Source: the human T2T-CHM13v2.0 reference genome, Homo sapiens. Taken from it: a stretch of DNA of 64,000 nt. Positions within the stretch are counted from its first letter, which is position 1. Every line of letters begins with the position of its first letter. The notes beneath the pieces were generated by a model that was given only the letters and a program-made list of their open reading frames with translations, had not been told where the DNA came from and made no database searches. The position numbers were made by a program, and so were the translations under genes. Positions 13,818-34,294 of this stretch are shown here, in pieces. The DNA is taken from the NCBI RefSeq assembly GCF_009914755.1, contig NC_060925.1; one strand, given 5' to 3'.

Positions 13818-14680
13818 TTCCTTCAACGCCTGTGTTCTCCTCCTCACTGACTGGCTCTGCCGACCCAGGTTCTCCAGAAGTGCCGGCAGCGAGGCCCAGA
13901 GGCAGCAGGGCCTGGGCTCGGGCAGTGGGGTGCTGAGCAGGCCTGCCTGGCCCCCACGCGGCACCACTGTCTCTGCATCCTTGTGGCCCTCTCCCTGTCT
14001 TGCCCTGTGCACCCCTGGCTCCTGATCCTCTGTCTCCCCAGCTTTCATGTCTTTCCTTGGGTGCCAGTTTCTGGCCTCGCATACACCTTGGGTGGGCCTC
14101 CAGAACTGGGCTTCATGGATTTTGGCCCCTGGTCTTGTGGGCTTGCCTCATGCCATCTCTTCACCCACACAATGGCCCAGGATCAGCCCTTGCCTGGGCC
14201 TGGCCTGCCTGGCCCCCTGGGAGAAGGGGAAACAGACAAAAGTATTGGTTACAGATTAATATATAAGGCTGGGCCCTGTGCAGGGTCCTCGCCCAGTCCG
14301 CACCACCTCCCAGTGATGCGGATATTGTCCTCAATTTGTAGATGAGGCATCTGAAGAGCAGGTGCTAGTAAGTTTCCCAGGGTTATGCAGTGAAGAAATG
14401 TCAGCAGGACTGGAACCCAGGCATCGGCTCAGGGCCCACACCAAGTTTGGGCATGCCAGCACTCATTTGATCATTGAACAAGTCCATAGTAGGACATTTC
14501 ACCTTTGTTCTACCGAGTGGGAAACTGGGGGTCTGGAAGCACAGGTGACTCGTATAAACTCGCAGTTCCCTTGACTCCTGACCTCACACCTGGACACTTA
14601 ATGGCGGCACAGTCTTGGGCAGGACCTGCCTTCATCCTGTGTCTGGAACGAAGCTGGGTGTACATTCATAGATAAATAAG

Positions 14681-14939
14681 GGCTGGGCACAGTGGCTCAC
14701 GCCTGTTATCCTAGCACTTTGGGAGGCCGAGGCAGGAGGATTGCCTGAGCAACAAAAAGTGAGACCCTGTCTCTATAAAAAATCAAAAAATTAGCCAGGT
14801 GTGGTGGTACGCGTCTGTATTCCCAGCTACATGGGAGGTTGAGGTGGGAGGACTGCTTGATCTCTGGAGGTCGAGGCTGCAGTGAGTCATGTTCGTGTCA
14901 CTACACTCCAGCCTGGGCGATAGAGTGAGAACCTGTCTC

Positions 14940-14970
<31 letters not shown>

Positions 14971-15030
14971 AAGAAAAGGGGGGAGGAAAGGAAGGGGAAG
15001 GGGAAGAAGAGAAAGGAAGGAAGAAAAAAG
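14681..15030 (+). mobile_element. Alu with long A tail running into a purine-rich tract
   Basis: ggctgggcacagtggctcacgcctg...; long poly(A) then gaaag/ggaag repeats. Confidence 0.85.
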
Positions 15031-15350
15031 AAGCTTGTAAGGGTCTGCTGGAAATAAAGCAATAAAGCAAGAAGGTGAGTTGGCCTGGCTGGCGCAGCCT
15101 GGAATGCTAGCCAGAGTTCAGACTTCATTCTCATTGCGCTGAGGCGCCCTAGAGGCGTCTGCAAAGCTGAGTTTCAGGAGACTAAGCTAGGTTGGAGGAG
15201 GGAGATGCTGGGGCTATCAGCGGGGACTGCAAGGCTGCAGGCGGGAGAGGATGGGGCCAGTTGTGTCAGGCCGTGGGGTTGGAGAGGCAGGGCCGTGAGA
15301 AGCGCTGCTGATTGGATGTGGGATCCCAGAGAGGGAGTAGCCTGGCTTGA

Positions 15351-15766
<416 letters not shown>

Positions 15767-16555
15767 TGGGACTTAAAGTCTTTACAAGGGATTAACACTG
15801 ATAGCAGCGCAGATAGCAACACAGGTCCCTCTCTTTCCACTTTGTTTGCCTGTATGGAGCCAGCTCTCAACTGGTTTTCTTCCTCTGCTCCAAGCCTCTG
15901 AGGAGATTGAGTCTGCTTGGGTTCAAATCTTAGCTGGACCACTGCCTAACTATAGTCTTGAGCAAGTCACATAAGATCTCCAAGACTCACTTTTCCTATG
16001 TGCAAAATGGGGAATAATGGTCACACCTACCTCACTCCTAGAGTGGCAGTGAGCGTTATGTGAGTCAGCGCGTGTGTAGAGCTCGGGACATGCCTGGCTT
16101 TAGTAAGACCTCAGTGGATGTCAGCTGTTATTATGATTGAGAATGAATGATTGGCCCACGCTGCAGGGTGTTGCACTGATAGTTTTGTTCATTTATTCAT
16201 TCACTGAACAGATATTTATTGAGAGCCTAATATGTGCCAGAGATCCAGCGTGAACCAGACAGACAAATCCCTGCCTGCCTTCAGGGAGTTTGCCCAGTTG
16301 TTCAGTTGCCTTCTGGCACAGAGCAGCTTTGGGCAGGCTGGCAACCTCCCTGGGGCCTTGATTTCTCCACCTCTGTCATGAGGAGCTTGCCCCGGTCCCC
16401 TGTGAACTGACGGGCATGGAGGTCTGGGGCAGATGACTCCCTAAAACTCAGCTGTTCCATAGTGGCACCTGCTATCTCCTCTGGGGAGGAAGCTCTCATA
16501 GCTAGAAGTAAACAAGCAAAAGCCGAGTATTCTTGAAAGTCCCTCTTTACCCTGA

Positions 16556-16875
<320 letters not shown>

Positions 16876-16969
16876 AACCCTGAAATGTTAAGAGGTCTAG
16901 GACTTCGTTATTTCATGACCCAAATGACAGTTATAGGAGAGCACACATGAAGCGTCTATAAAGGTCCCA

Positions 16970-19424
<2,455 letters not shown>

Positions 19425-20985
19425 TAAGCTCCATGGAGGTGCGGATCTTTGTTTTGGCCACTGTAGTGTCCTGATGGGTCAGAACAGTGCCTGACATCTA
19501 GTGGATGCGCCTTAAAAGATGCATTGAAGTATCTGTTCAATGAATGAATGAATAACAGTATTAACCTGCACAGCAGTGTTAGGCAGAGACTCTTCTCAGC
19601 CAGAGGGGAGACGTACAGAGGGAGGTCACACCCAGGGGAAACCACACCCCACGCCTCTGCCTGCAGCGACTCTTAACACACCTGGCCTGGGGATTCTCAA
19701 ATCTGTTCACGCTCTGTTAGACTAGGAGCGCCAACAGCTCAGGGACTTCATCCTTAGTACCTGGGCCCTTTGGGGATCGGGATGGTTTCTGCGGGAAAGG
19801 CCCTGGGGAAGGTTAGCTTCTTGCTCAAACTAACGGTGAAGAATGCCCAGAATTACTAACCCATTTTACAGATATGGCAACTGAGGCCCAGAGGGGTGTC
19901 AGGCGATTTGTCCAATATTTCCCAACTCCTGGCTCCCCTGAAAGCCCGGTGACCCCGTTGTGAGTGGGCAGGCACCCATTAGAGAGCAGCCCCTGGATAA
20001 GGGCAGGTCACAGCCCCCTGCTCCCAGTTCCGCCTGCGCCGCCGCCACGTGTGGGTTGGGAGGGGCATCTGAGGGTGTGGGGGCTGCCACAGCCCGGGAG
20101 GTGACCCCTCGCAGCTGGGGCGCTCTGATCTTCGGCCCACAGGCCCGGGGTGCCGGGACCCCGCCCTCCTGCAGGGCCAGGGCTCGGCTCTCCCCGCCCA
20201 CCGCGAGGCGGGGCGCACGCTCCGCGGCGCGGGGACCGCGCGCTCCAGGCTGCACCCGGCCTCTCCTCCGCGCGTGCGGGCCCCTCGCGGCGCCTCCCGG
20301 GCTCGGGAGACCCGGTCCCGCCGCCCGCCCGGCCCGCGGCCGCCTCTTCCTCTCGCAGCCCCGCGGCGCTTGCCGCAGTCGCAGGCGGCGGAGCAGCCAG
20401 AGCGCCCCAGGTACCAGTGCGGGCGGGAGACGGAGGCGACCCTGCTGCCGGGTGGGGAGGGGGCGCCGCGCGGCCGCTGCCCTCCTCTTCCCGCGGGGCC
20501 TGGCGGCCCCGGCGAACCCCCGCGCCGCACAGGCCGTGTGCGCCGGATCCCGGTGCCTCCGCGCCAGCTGAGACCTGCCTTTCCCAGGGGCGGCTTTGCT
20601 CCGGCCCCTAGGCCCCCGCCCTGGTACCCCACACGCCCACCGGCCGCGGGGAGCCTGCTCCGGCCCGAGAGCGCCCATTCACCCCCCTCACCCACCTCCC
20701 CGCGTTCCCACTTCCCCGCACTCTGACCCGGCCGGACGCCCCTCCCCTATCTTGCCGCCCGCCCCCTCCAGGGGGCTCTGCTCCCACCCCAGGGAGCCCA
20801 TCCGACCTCTGCTTGACTTCCCGCCGCTTCCTTCAGGGGCCTCGGCTCATCGGGTGCCCCTCCCCAAACTTCCAACCCGTTTGCTCCAGGAGTTCCTGCC
20901 CCATCCCCGAGGGCGCCCAAATAGCCACACTGTGTCCTCCTGTAGTCGCTGCCCCCTGACCTAGCGCGACCCAGCGCCCCCGCCC

Positions 20986-21162
20986 ATGTCCCCCCACTCA
21001 CCTCCCCCGGGGGGCGTGGTGAGTCGCGGTCTGTTCTCACGGACGGTCCCCGTCCAGCCTGCGCTTCGCCGGGGCCCTCATCTGCTTTCCCGCCACCCTA
21101 TCACTCCCTTGCCGTCCACCCTCGGTCCTCATGGTCCCAGAGCCGGGCCCAACCGCCAATAG
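20986..21162 (+). CDS. Upstream ORF (58 aa) overlapping the HTR6 start codon out of frame
   Basis: ATG 20986 to TAG 21160-21162 with no internal stop: MSPHSPPPGGVVSRGLFSRTVPVQPALRRGPHLLSRHPITPLPSTLGPHGPRAGPNRQ. Translation is not demonstrated by the sequence. Confidence 0.5.
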   Translation: MSPHSPPPGGVVSRGLFSRTVPVQPALRRGPHLLSRHPITPLPSTLGPHGPRAGPNRQ

Positions 21163-21844
21163 CACCCCGGCCTGGGGGGCAGGGCCGCCGTCGGCCCCGG
21201 GGGGCAGCGGCTGGGTGGCGGCCGCGCTGTGCGTGGTCATCGCGCTGACGGCGGCGGCCAACTCGCTGCTGATCGCGCTCATCTGCACTCAGCCCGCGCT
21301 GCGCAACACGTCCAACTTCTTCCTGGTGTCGCTCTTCACGTCTGACCTGATGGTGGGGCTGGTGGTGATGCCGCCGGCCATGCTGAACGCGCTGTACGGG
21401 CGCTGGGTGCTGGCGCGCGGCCTCTGCCTGCTCTGGACCGCCTTCGACGTGATGTGCTGCAGCGCCTCCATCCTCAACCTCTGCCTCATCAGCCTGGACC
21501 GCTACCTGCTCATCCTCTCGCCGCTGCGCTACAAGCTGCGCATGACGCCCCTGCGTGCCCTGGCCCTAGTCCTGGGCGCCTGGAGCCTCGCCGCTCTCGC
21601 CTCCTTCCTGCCCCTGCTGCTGGGCTGGCACGAGCTGGGCCACGCACGGCCACCCGTCCCTGGCCAGTGCCGCCTGCTGGCCAGCCTGCCTTTTGTCCTT
21701 GTGGCGTCGGGCCTCACCTTCTTCCTGCCCTCGGGTGCCATATGCTTCACCTACTGCAGGATCCTGCTAGCTGCCCGCAAGCAGGCCGTGCAGGTGGCCT
21801 CCCTCACCACCGGCATGGCCAGTCAGGCCTCGGAGACGCTGCAG
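21131..21844 (+). CDS. HTR6: 5-hydroxytryptamine receptor 6, coding exon 1 (TM1-TM5 and start of ICL3)
   Basis: MVPEPGPTANST...; aminergic class A GPCR motifs (TM3 FDVMCC with amine-binding Asp, LDRY); donor CAG|GTACCT at 21844; 714 nt, phase 0. Confidence 0.98.
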
Positions 21845-22687
21845 GTACCTGGGGTGCGCAGGGAGACCCGGGCTGTGGGATAGAGAGGAATGAGCAGCCC
21901 CTGGGGACCCCCTGGGCATCCCCACTTAGCACACATTTGCTCATGGCCCTGCGTGGCTGTTGTGAGCGCCCACCTTTCTTCTGAACTCCAGAGCCAATGC
22001 CTGACCCACCCACCACAGGATAGCTCCGTCAGGATTTGGGGGCAGGCTTCTCCCAGGTACCATGTACAACAGGGAATTTATGGTGGCCCAACTCTCCCCA
22101 TCTTTGCCTCCCTGGTCTTCCCCATCATGGCAAATGGCACCATTGCGGCATCACATGCCAGGAACTTAGGAATACTTTTCTCCCTCACCCTCATGCCATT
22201 CATTAGCGAGACCTGTTGGCGCTGCTCTAAACAGGTGCCATCTCCCCTGCCACTTCCTACCGGGGAGGCTGTGTAGACTTCTCCTGGCTCCCCTGCTTCT
22301 GCCGCAGACCCAGTACTCTCCATCTTCTGCATAGAAGCTGGAGCACTTAAAAAAGAAGTGATCATGTCACTCCCCTGCTTCAGACTCTTCAGGCTTCCCA
22401 CCGTGCTCCAGATAAAGAAAACCTGTCTCAGGATCTGGCCTCAGGATCCCACACTGCCATCCTCTCCAGTGTCACCTCCCCTCTCCCTCTCTCTTACTCT
22501 GCAACAGCCTTGTGGCCTTTCTCACGGTTCTAGAAGGCACTGGGCTTACTTCTGTGCCCAGGTCTTTGCACTTGCTGTTCCCTGTGCCTGGAATGTTCTT
22601 CCCCCGGCTGCCTTCTTCCCAGGGGCCATCTTTGACCACCCTATCTGCAGGCCCATCTGCACTCTCCATCCCTGTTATTCTCCATAA

Positions 22688-26140
<3,453 letters not shown>

Positions 26141-28117
26141 TGTCTTTCTGTTTTCCCCCATGGTCCCAGGAATTAGGGGCACCTGGCACATCATGGGTGC
26201 TCAGTATGTATTGATGGAAGGAATGCAGTGTACACAGTGCTTCAGGGAGCCTGGTATTCCAGCCCTGTTTGTGCGGTTGCCTGTTTTCTCATGCCTTTCA
26301 GAGTCACTTCTTGAGTGTCATGATCCTGAACTTTTTATCGTGTGAATTCATTTGCTTGGTGACATGTATTGACACCTGCTTTGCACAGCAGCTGTTCTAG
26401 GCTGTGTATGTAGTGGTGAACGAGACCAACAGTGCCTGCCCTCTTGAAATCTGTTCTAGTTAGGAGTACAGACATTAATCATCAAACTGTACCACGATGA
26501 GGATTATGGAGCTTATAGGAGGGATGCTTCACCCAGCAAACATTCAAAATCTATTATTCACTGTGTATGTTTGAAGATGAAAGCAAAGCACTCACACCAA
26601 GCCCTAAAGTGAAAGGCTGGAGGGGTCTTCATGGGTTGGTTAGGCCAGCGCCTTACTTCTAAGGCAGAGTGACTCAGGGGCCTCTCAAGCCAGAAATGTG
26701 TCTGTTCTAATCCCCCCGCTTTCTGGAAAGCCCATTCTCTTGGTTTGAACGTGACGTGTGCAAATTCTGCCTCTGTTCCTGCTTTCAAATCCACTCGGCT
26801 CCTTAAGTAAGCCTCCTGCAGGCCGTTTTCCTGATTGCCTGGTGAACGGCCTGCACTTTGGGAAAATGCATCTGAGAAATTGCATTGGCCCTCCTGGGTC
26901 ACCGCCTCTTTCTTCCCACCAGAGCTGGCCTGGAGGTGGAGGCCCCCTCAATGTTTGGACCTAAAGGAAGTGATGAGAATGAATCAGATGTGGGTGTCTT
27001 GGACCCCTTCCCTTTTCCTGTGCCCAGCCCCACTTAGCCTTGGCTTCCTGCCCCATTCCACTCTCTAGCTTCCCTGCAGAGGGAAAGGAGCTGGGCATAG
27101 GTCTCGAGGCCCCAGTTCCTCTGGGGTCAGAACATGGGAGCTGGTCAGCCTTGAGCATTTCATCCCCTCTCCATATGTCTATTTATGGAAATGGGCTTTT
27201 AAAAGGCCACTGGTTGGCTTAGTGATTTCCACTAGGTCTTCCCACCACCTCAGGGCTGGGAGGAAGGGGTCCTGCTTAGCACTGTGGCTGGGAGTGTGGG
27301 CTGGGGATGGAGGAAGAGCCGTGGGGCAGAGTGAGGAGCTACCAGGGCAGGGGAGTGTGTGTGTTGGGAGCAGGGTGGAAGGTGGGGGCCTGGATGTGGG
27401 TGGCACTGAGCCATCCTTGGGAGATTGTGGAGGGTCCAGGGTGTTAGGGGCAGTTTCAGAGATGCAGCATGGGCCACTGGCTTGAGGGAGAGCCCAGCAG
27501 GAGAGGCCCAGCCTCCTCCTCTTCCTGGCAGGATTTCTGGGTCTCTGTGGTCCATAACCTCATCCCATCTCTACACCTCACCTTCCTCCCCACTCCCATC
27601 CATCCTTCTCTCCTTCAGTTCCCATGTCTTCCTTCTGTGTGCCCCGTCTTCCCCTCCCCCTTCTCCTGTCCCATCAATTTCTCCCGCTTTTCCTCCTCCC
27701 CCTCCTTTTTTCACCCTCTCTCACCCAACTAAGCGTCATTCTGTCTTAGTGATCCATCTTCCCTTCCATCTCTGTCTTTCCTCCTCCTCAGAGGAGGAGG
27801 CTGTGATCACAGAAATATCTGTGAGGGGGAGGAGGGGGCCGAGCCAGGGAGAGGCTGGCAGAGTGACACTGCCGAGCATGGCAGGCTTGGCTGCTGCTCA
27901 GAGCCAGGCAGCCTGGTGCAGCCAGGGCTGGAGCAGGAGCTTGGGGGTCTGGCTGGTTAGGGTTCAAGCCCTGCCTCTTTTGCCTCATAGCTGGACGATC
28001 TTGGGCAAGGCATTTTACCTCCTTATGCTCCAGGGGTCATGACATCTATCACACAAGTCTGTTTGAAGAGTCAATTAGATAATATACATAAAATACCAGG
28101 CACATAGTAAGTGCTCA

Positions 28118-30097
<1,980 letters not shown>

Positions 30098-31960
30098 TGA
30101 TGGACATTAAGGCTGTTTCCAATTTTTTCCTATCACAAGTAGTGCTGTGGGACACATTCTTGGATATGTGAAGCGTGCAGACATGAATGTAGGTGTTGGC
30201 TGGAAGCTGTATGTGTGATTGTTGGCTGGAAGGGCCCTGGATTGTCCTTCAGGAAGCTGCCCTCTGACACTGATACAGAAGGGAGATGCAAACGACAGGA
30301 CATGGCCCCAAGGGGCTGCGAGGTGCTTATGGGGGAGAGAGAATCCAGAAGGGTGATGCCAGCATCAGCCAGATGCCGGGGTGTGGACTAGTGACAGCCA
30401 TTGGCTTCTGCTCCATGAGGGCCTCTTGCTGACAGTGGTGGGGTTTCTGTAACCCCACCTGACTGGGCCCATGGATGCCGTCTCCAAAGGTGGAAGCAGC
30501 TTGGTGAAGTGGGCAGAGTGGTGTTCCTGAGGCCAGAAATGATGGAATCCCTAACTCAACTCTTAACTGCTGTGTGACTTCTGGCAAGTCATTTTGCCTC
30601 TCCGAGCCTCAGTTGTCTCATCTGCAAAATGGGGATGACAATGCCTACCTCTCATAAAGACTGAATGACCTAATGACTATCAAATGCTGATGTGTAGTAA
30701 GTGCTCGAGAAATGGGGATGATAATGCTGATTTGTTCAGGGCCACTCAGGTTTTGGTTGGAGGCCTTGTACTGGAACAGTGTGACCTTGGGAAGGGTAGA
30801 GTGTCCTCTACCCTTTCTGAGCCTCAGTTTCCTTCTCTCTTTCCTCTTCCCTGTGTTCTTGAGTCAACTCTCTGGAAAGCAGAGGAGAAAGAAAAACCTG
30901 GAGTTGTTCCCAGGGAGACTAGAAAGGGAATCTCAGTTCATCTTCACCCCATTCTCTGGAGCTCCTTCCCCCAATGATTGACCTGAGATATTCCCCCTAG
31001 TGCCTCAGTTTCCCCCATGCCCTAGAGCTGTGATAAGATCAGGGCTACCTCCTCTCCCCTGCCCTCCTCAGGTCACTAAGGGTCAGAGCGATGCCTGGAT
31101 GAGACAGTGTCTCATCCCTCTCCATGCCGTCTATTCCCATTGATGGCAGCAATTTGAAGGTGTGGCAGGTCTTAGGAGATTCTTTTGGGGAAGCAGGAGC
31201 CTCTTCCTCCAGGCTGACCATGGTGTGGTCACAAAAGCCATATAGAGTCCACTCTGGAGGAGAGAAAACTAGAAGAGGAGAGAGGAGAGTAAAACCCTCT
31301 TTTACTCCCTTGCTAACTTGGAATGACTTTGGAGCAGACTCGTGTATGATGGGGTGGAGTCGGAGGAGAGCATCCTCTAGTCATAGCATCTGAGCCGCAG
31401 CGTGGTGACTCAGAGCATTTGTCTTGGTGTCTGTGCTGCTTTGGGGAGGCCAGAGCTGCTGGCAGAAGGACAGGCTCCCCAACAGTGCTCAAAATCACCC
31501 CAACCTCACAACACATATCACTGAAACAGCAACATGGCTACCAGGTATTTAGCACCTACTCAACGTCAGACTCTGTGCATGCATTTATTATCCATAGCTT
31601 CACAGCGACGCCGTAAGCTGAGTATCATTTCTCCCATTTTGCAGATGTGGAAACAGAGGCTCTCTCAAGATCACAGAGCGAGTAAGTGGTAGAGGCCACT
31701 TTGATTTGAAGCCAGATCACCTGTCTTAAAAGCCCAGGTTTTGCCTCTGTACAATGCTGTCTCACCAAGACAGAAGGGAGAAACCAAGGCCTCTGTTGTG
31801 AATTTGTATAACCTTGATATTTGTACAACCAGATTTCATGTGAAGAAACACGTTGAGGGGTGGGGATTACGATGTGCTTCGTCTCCCTGCCCCAGCAACC
31901 TCCTTGCCATTTCAGAATTAGAATTCCAGCTTCTATGAAAAGACCGCGTGTAGTTGGGGT

Positions 31961-31981
31961 TTCAGCACCATGGACAAGACA
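31961..31981 (+). promoter_or_regulatory. RE1/NRSE (REST binding site) in HTR6 intron 1
   Basis: TTCAGCACCATGGACAAGACA versus consensus TTCAGCACCAyGGACAGCGCC: first 16 positions match with canonical spacing. Confidence 0.7.
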
Positions 31982-33114
31982 CCAACTCTGGAGGCCTAGA
32001 AAGAGCCGGGGCTGGAGGAGAGGGCATGCGCAGCAGAGTGGGGTGGGGTGTTGGCTTTGGTGCTCCCTGGAGTTGACACATCTTGGCTTTGCCTCCTCCG
32101 CCTTTCCATCTGCGGAAGGTTGCCTGGGAATCTGGCTCTGCTCCTGCCTCCTTCTGACCTCATCTCCCCATATCCAACCCACCTCTGGCCTCGAGAACTA
32201 AGCAGGGCTCTCACGCAATTTAGGAACTGGACAAATCCCAGTGCCGGGAAAATCCCTGGCTGTCAAAGCCCAGATGTATTCACAGACCGCAAACACACCC
32301 TTTGCGTAGCTCATGATGAATTGTGCACACCACTGCCCACGGGCATTAAATAGTAAATAGAGGTGGGCCTAATTTTGTGTAAATCTAATATATGAAAATC
32401 CACGTTGATTACAGAAACACATGGTTTAGAGGAGGGCTTCACATCCCAGCTTTCACGGACTCCTAGGGGTTTCTGGTGGAAACCTAGAGACTTCAAGGTC
32501 ATCTCTGAACCTTCTGGAAGTGTGAAACGTTGTTTTCTTGTCTGTGTGTGTGTGTGTAAAAATTTACAAGCCTTTTATTTTCTGGGGAGAGGTTTGTGTG
32601 TGTGTGTGTGTGTGTGTGAGATTTCATTAGATTTTCAAAAGGCTCATGAAGTTTAACAAGTGAAGAGCACTGCTGAGCTAAAGAATGATCCAGCTCAGAG
32701 AGCCCTTTGGGACTGTGGGGGCCAGTTTGCAAAGTCAAATTCTAACCTCCCCGGGCCCATGCCTTCCTTTCAGTGGCTGCTGGGAAGTAGCTTCTTTCTC
32801 TTCCTCCCTCCTACCCCTTCCTCCTCTTCCTGTCCACTTTTGAGAATGGAGATGCCTGCCAGTTCGCAGTATAATTGAGCTATAAAATGCCAAGGTAACC
32901 AGCATCCTTAGGAGCCTATTAAGAGATTTAGCTGCAAACATTGGCTCTGTGCACACATTCTCAAAAAAGCCTTTCTATTTTGTGGGGCTCAAGAGTAATT
33001 GCCCAGGCAAGACTATTGCTCCCAAATGTGAAGACAATCCACATACAAAGCAATTGCCAAGCTCTGGACAGTAACAGGTCCTCTTTTTCAAGTACTGTTC
33101 AATTGCAATTGATT

Positions 33115-33413
33115 TTGTGTGTGTCTGTGTGTGTGACAGAGTCTCGCTCTGTCACCCAGGCTTGGAGTGCAGTGATGTGAGCTTGGCACACTGCAACCTC
33201 CACCTCCTGGGTTCAAGCAATTCTCCTGCCTCAGTCTCCTGAGTAGCTGGGATTACAGGTGCCTGCCACCACGCCTGGCTAATTTTTGTATTTTTAGTAG
33301 AGGCAAGGTTTCACCCTGTTGGCCAGGCTGGTCTCAAACTCCTGACCTCAAGTGATCTGCCTGCCTCGGCCTCCCAAAGTGCTGGGATTACAGGCGTGAG
33401 CCACTGTGCCCAG
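33115..33413 (-). mobile_element. AluS-like element with TG-converted tail
   Basis: Antisense Alu; TSD TCAATTGCAATTGATTT on both sides. Confidence 0.9.
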
Positions 33414-33589
33414 TCAATTGCAATTGATTTCTGTAGCGCTAAAGGCTTTGGAAGGTGCTGGGCTCATTGTAATGTGTGTGTTGGCCTGTGTCACGTATTG
33501 TCTTTGCAGGGATGGTTGTTCTTCTGAACCATCTGATTTGTGTTTCAGGTATTGCTCTGTCTCACTGCACTTCCTAGAGCTCCTTATGA

Positions 33590-33900
33590 AATTCTGGGTC
33601 AGGGTCAGGGCTCAGTGTGGGACCAGGATCAGAGCTCAGTCTAGGTCCACAGTTGAGGCTTGGTTTGAGAACTTGGTTATGTAGGGCTTTATGGTAGGTG
33701 TCAGGGTTCAGTGGGGGGCCAAGGTCAGGGCTTGGTTTATTGCTGATGTCAGGGCTTGGCCTGGAGTCAGGGTCAGGGCTCAGTCTAGGACTCTAGTTGG
33801 GACTCAGTCAAGGAACAGGGCCCAGTTTAATCCTGGCACTAGGGCTCAGTCTAGAATTAGGATTGAAGCTCAGTCTGTGGCTAGGATCAGGGTCAGACGG
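33590..33900 (+). repeat. Degenerate ~24-bp tandem repeat rich in TCAGGG/GGGTCA
   Basis: Recurring ggtcagggctcagtctagg / gtcagggcttgg units just upstream of HTR6 exon 2. Confidence 0.6.
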
Positions 33901-33942
33901 GGGCCCTTTCTCAACGGACTCATGTGGCCTTCCTTTCCGCAG

Positions 33943-34101
33943 GTGCCCAGGACCCCACGCCCAGGGGTGGAGTCTGCTGACAGCAGGCGTCTAGCCACGA
34001 AGCACAGCAGGAAGGCCCTGAAGGCCAGCCTGACGCTGGGCATCCTGCTGGGCATGTTCTTTGTGACCTGGTTGCCCTTCTTTGTGGCCAACATAGTCCA
34101 G
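33943..34101 (+). CDS. HTR6: HTR6 exon 2 (ICL3 and TM6)
   Basis: Acceptor cctttccgcag|GTG; VPRTPRPGVESADSRRLATKHSRKALKASLTLGILLGMFFVTWLPFFVANIVQ; donor CAG|GTAATG; 159 nt. Confidence 0.97.
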
Positions 34102-34294
34102 GTAATGCCACGGCAGGGGGCAGGTGAGTCCGGCCCTTGCAGGAGAGGCCCTGGATCCCAGCCCAGGCATGGGGACAGGGGAGGGTAGGCTGCCTCTCGT
34201 GGTGCGTGTGTGTGTGTGTCTGCTCCATACATGCTGGGAAGGGTGGCCTGGGTCCCTGCCCTGGGACCAGGCATGATGCATCCCCTCCCCCCAG

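Larger units (their letters stand above)
10389..13835 (+). other. NBL1: NBL1 gene body (first coding exon to polyA site)
   Basis: Three GT-AG-bounded coding exons plus a 1.3-kb 3'UTR ending just after AATAAA at 13812. Confidence 0.93.
19990..21860. promoter_or_regulatory. HTR6: CpG island: HTR6 promoter, 5'UTR and exon 1
   Basis: Extreme GC/CpG density, several GC boxes (GGGGCG, GCCCCGCCC), no obvious TATA box, leads directly into the HTR6 ATG. Confidence 0.88.

Noticed and set aside
19899-20726. Overlapping 150-259 aa ORFs on both strands at the HTR6 promoter
   Set aside because: Open in nearly all frames because of very high GC; no coding signature.
21394-21397. GTAC (RsaI site) at Tyr89, position of the synonymous HTR6 C267T variant
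   Set aside because: Well-known polymorphism; this sequence carries C, nothing new.
21845-21883. C-terminal VPGVRRETRAVG of the 250-aa HTR6 ORF
   Set aside because: Read-through into intron 1 past the 21844 donor.
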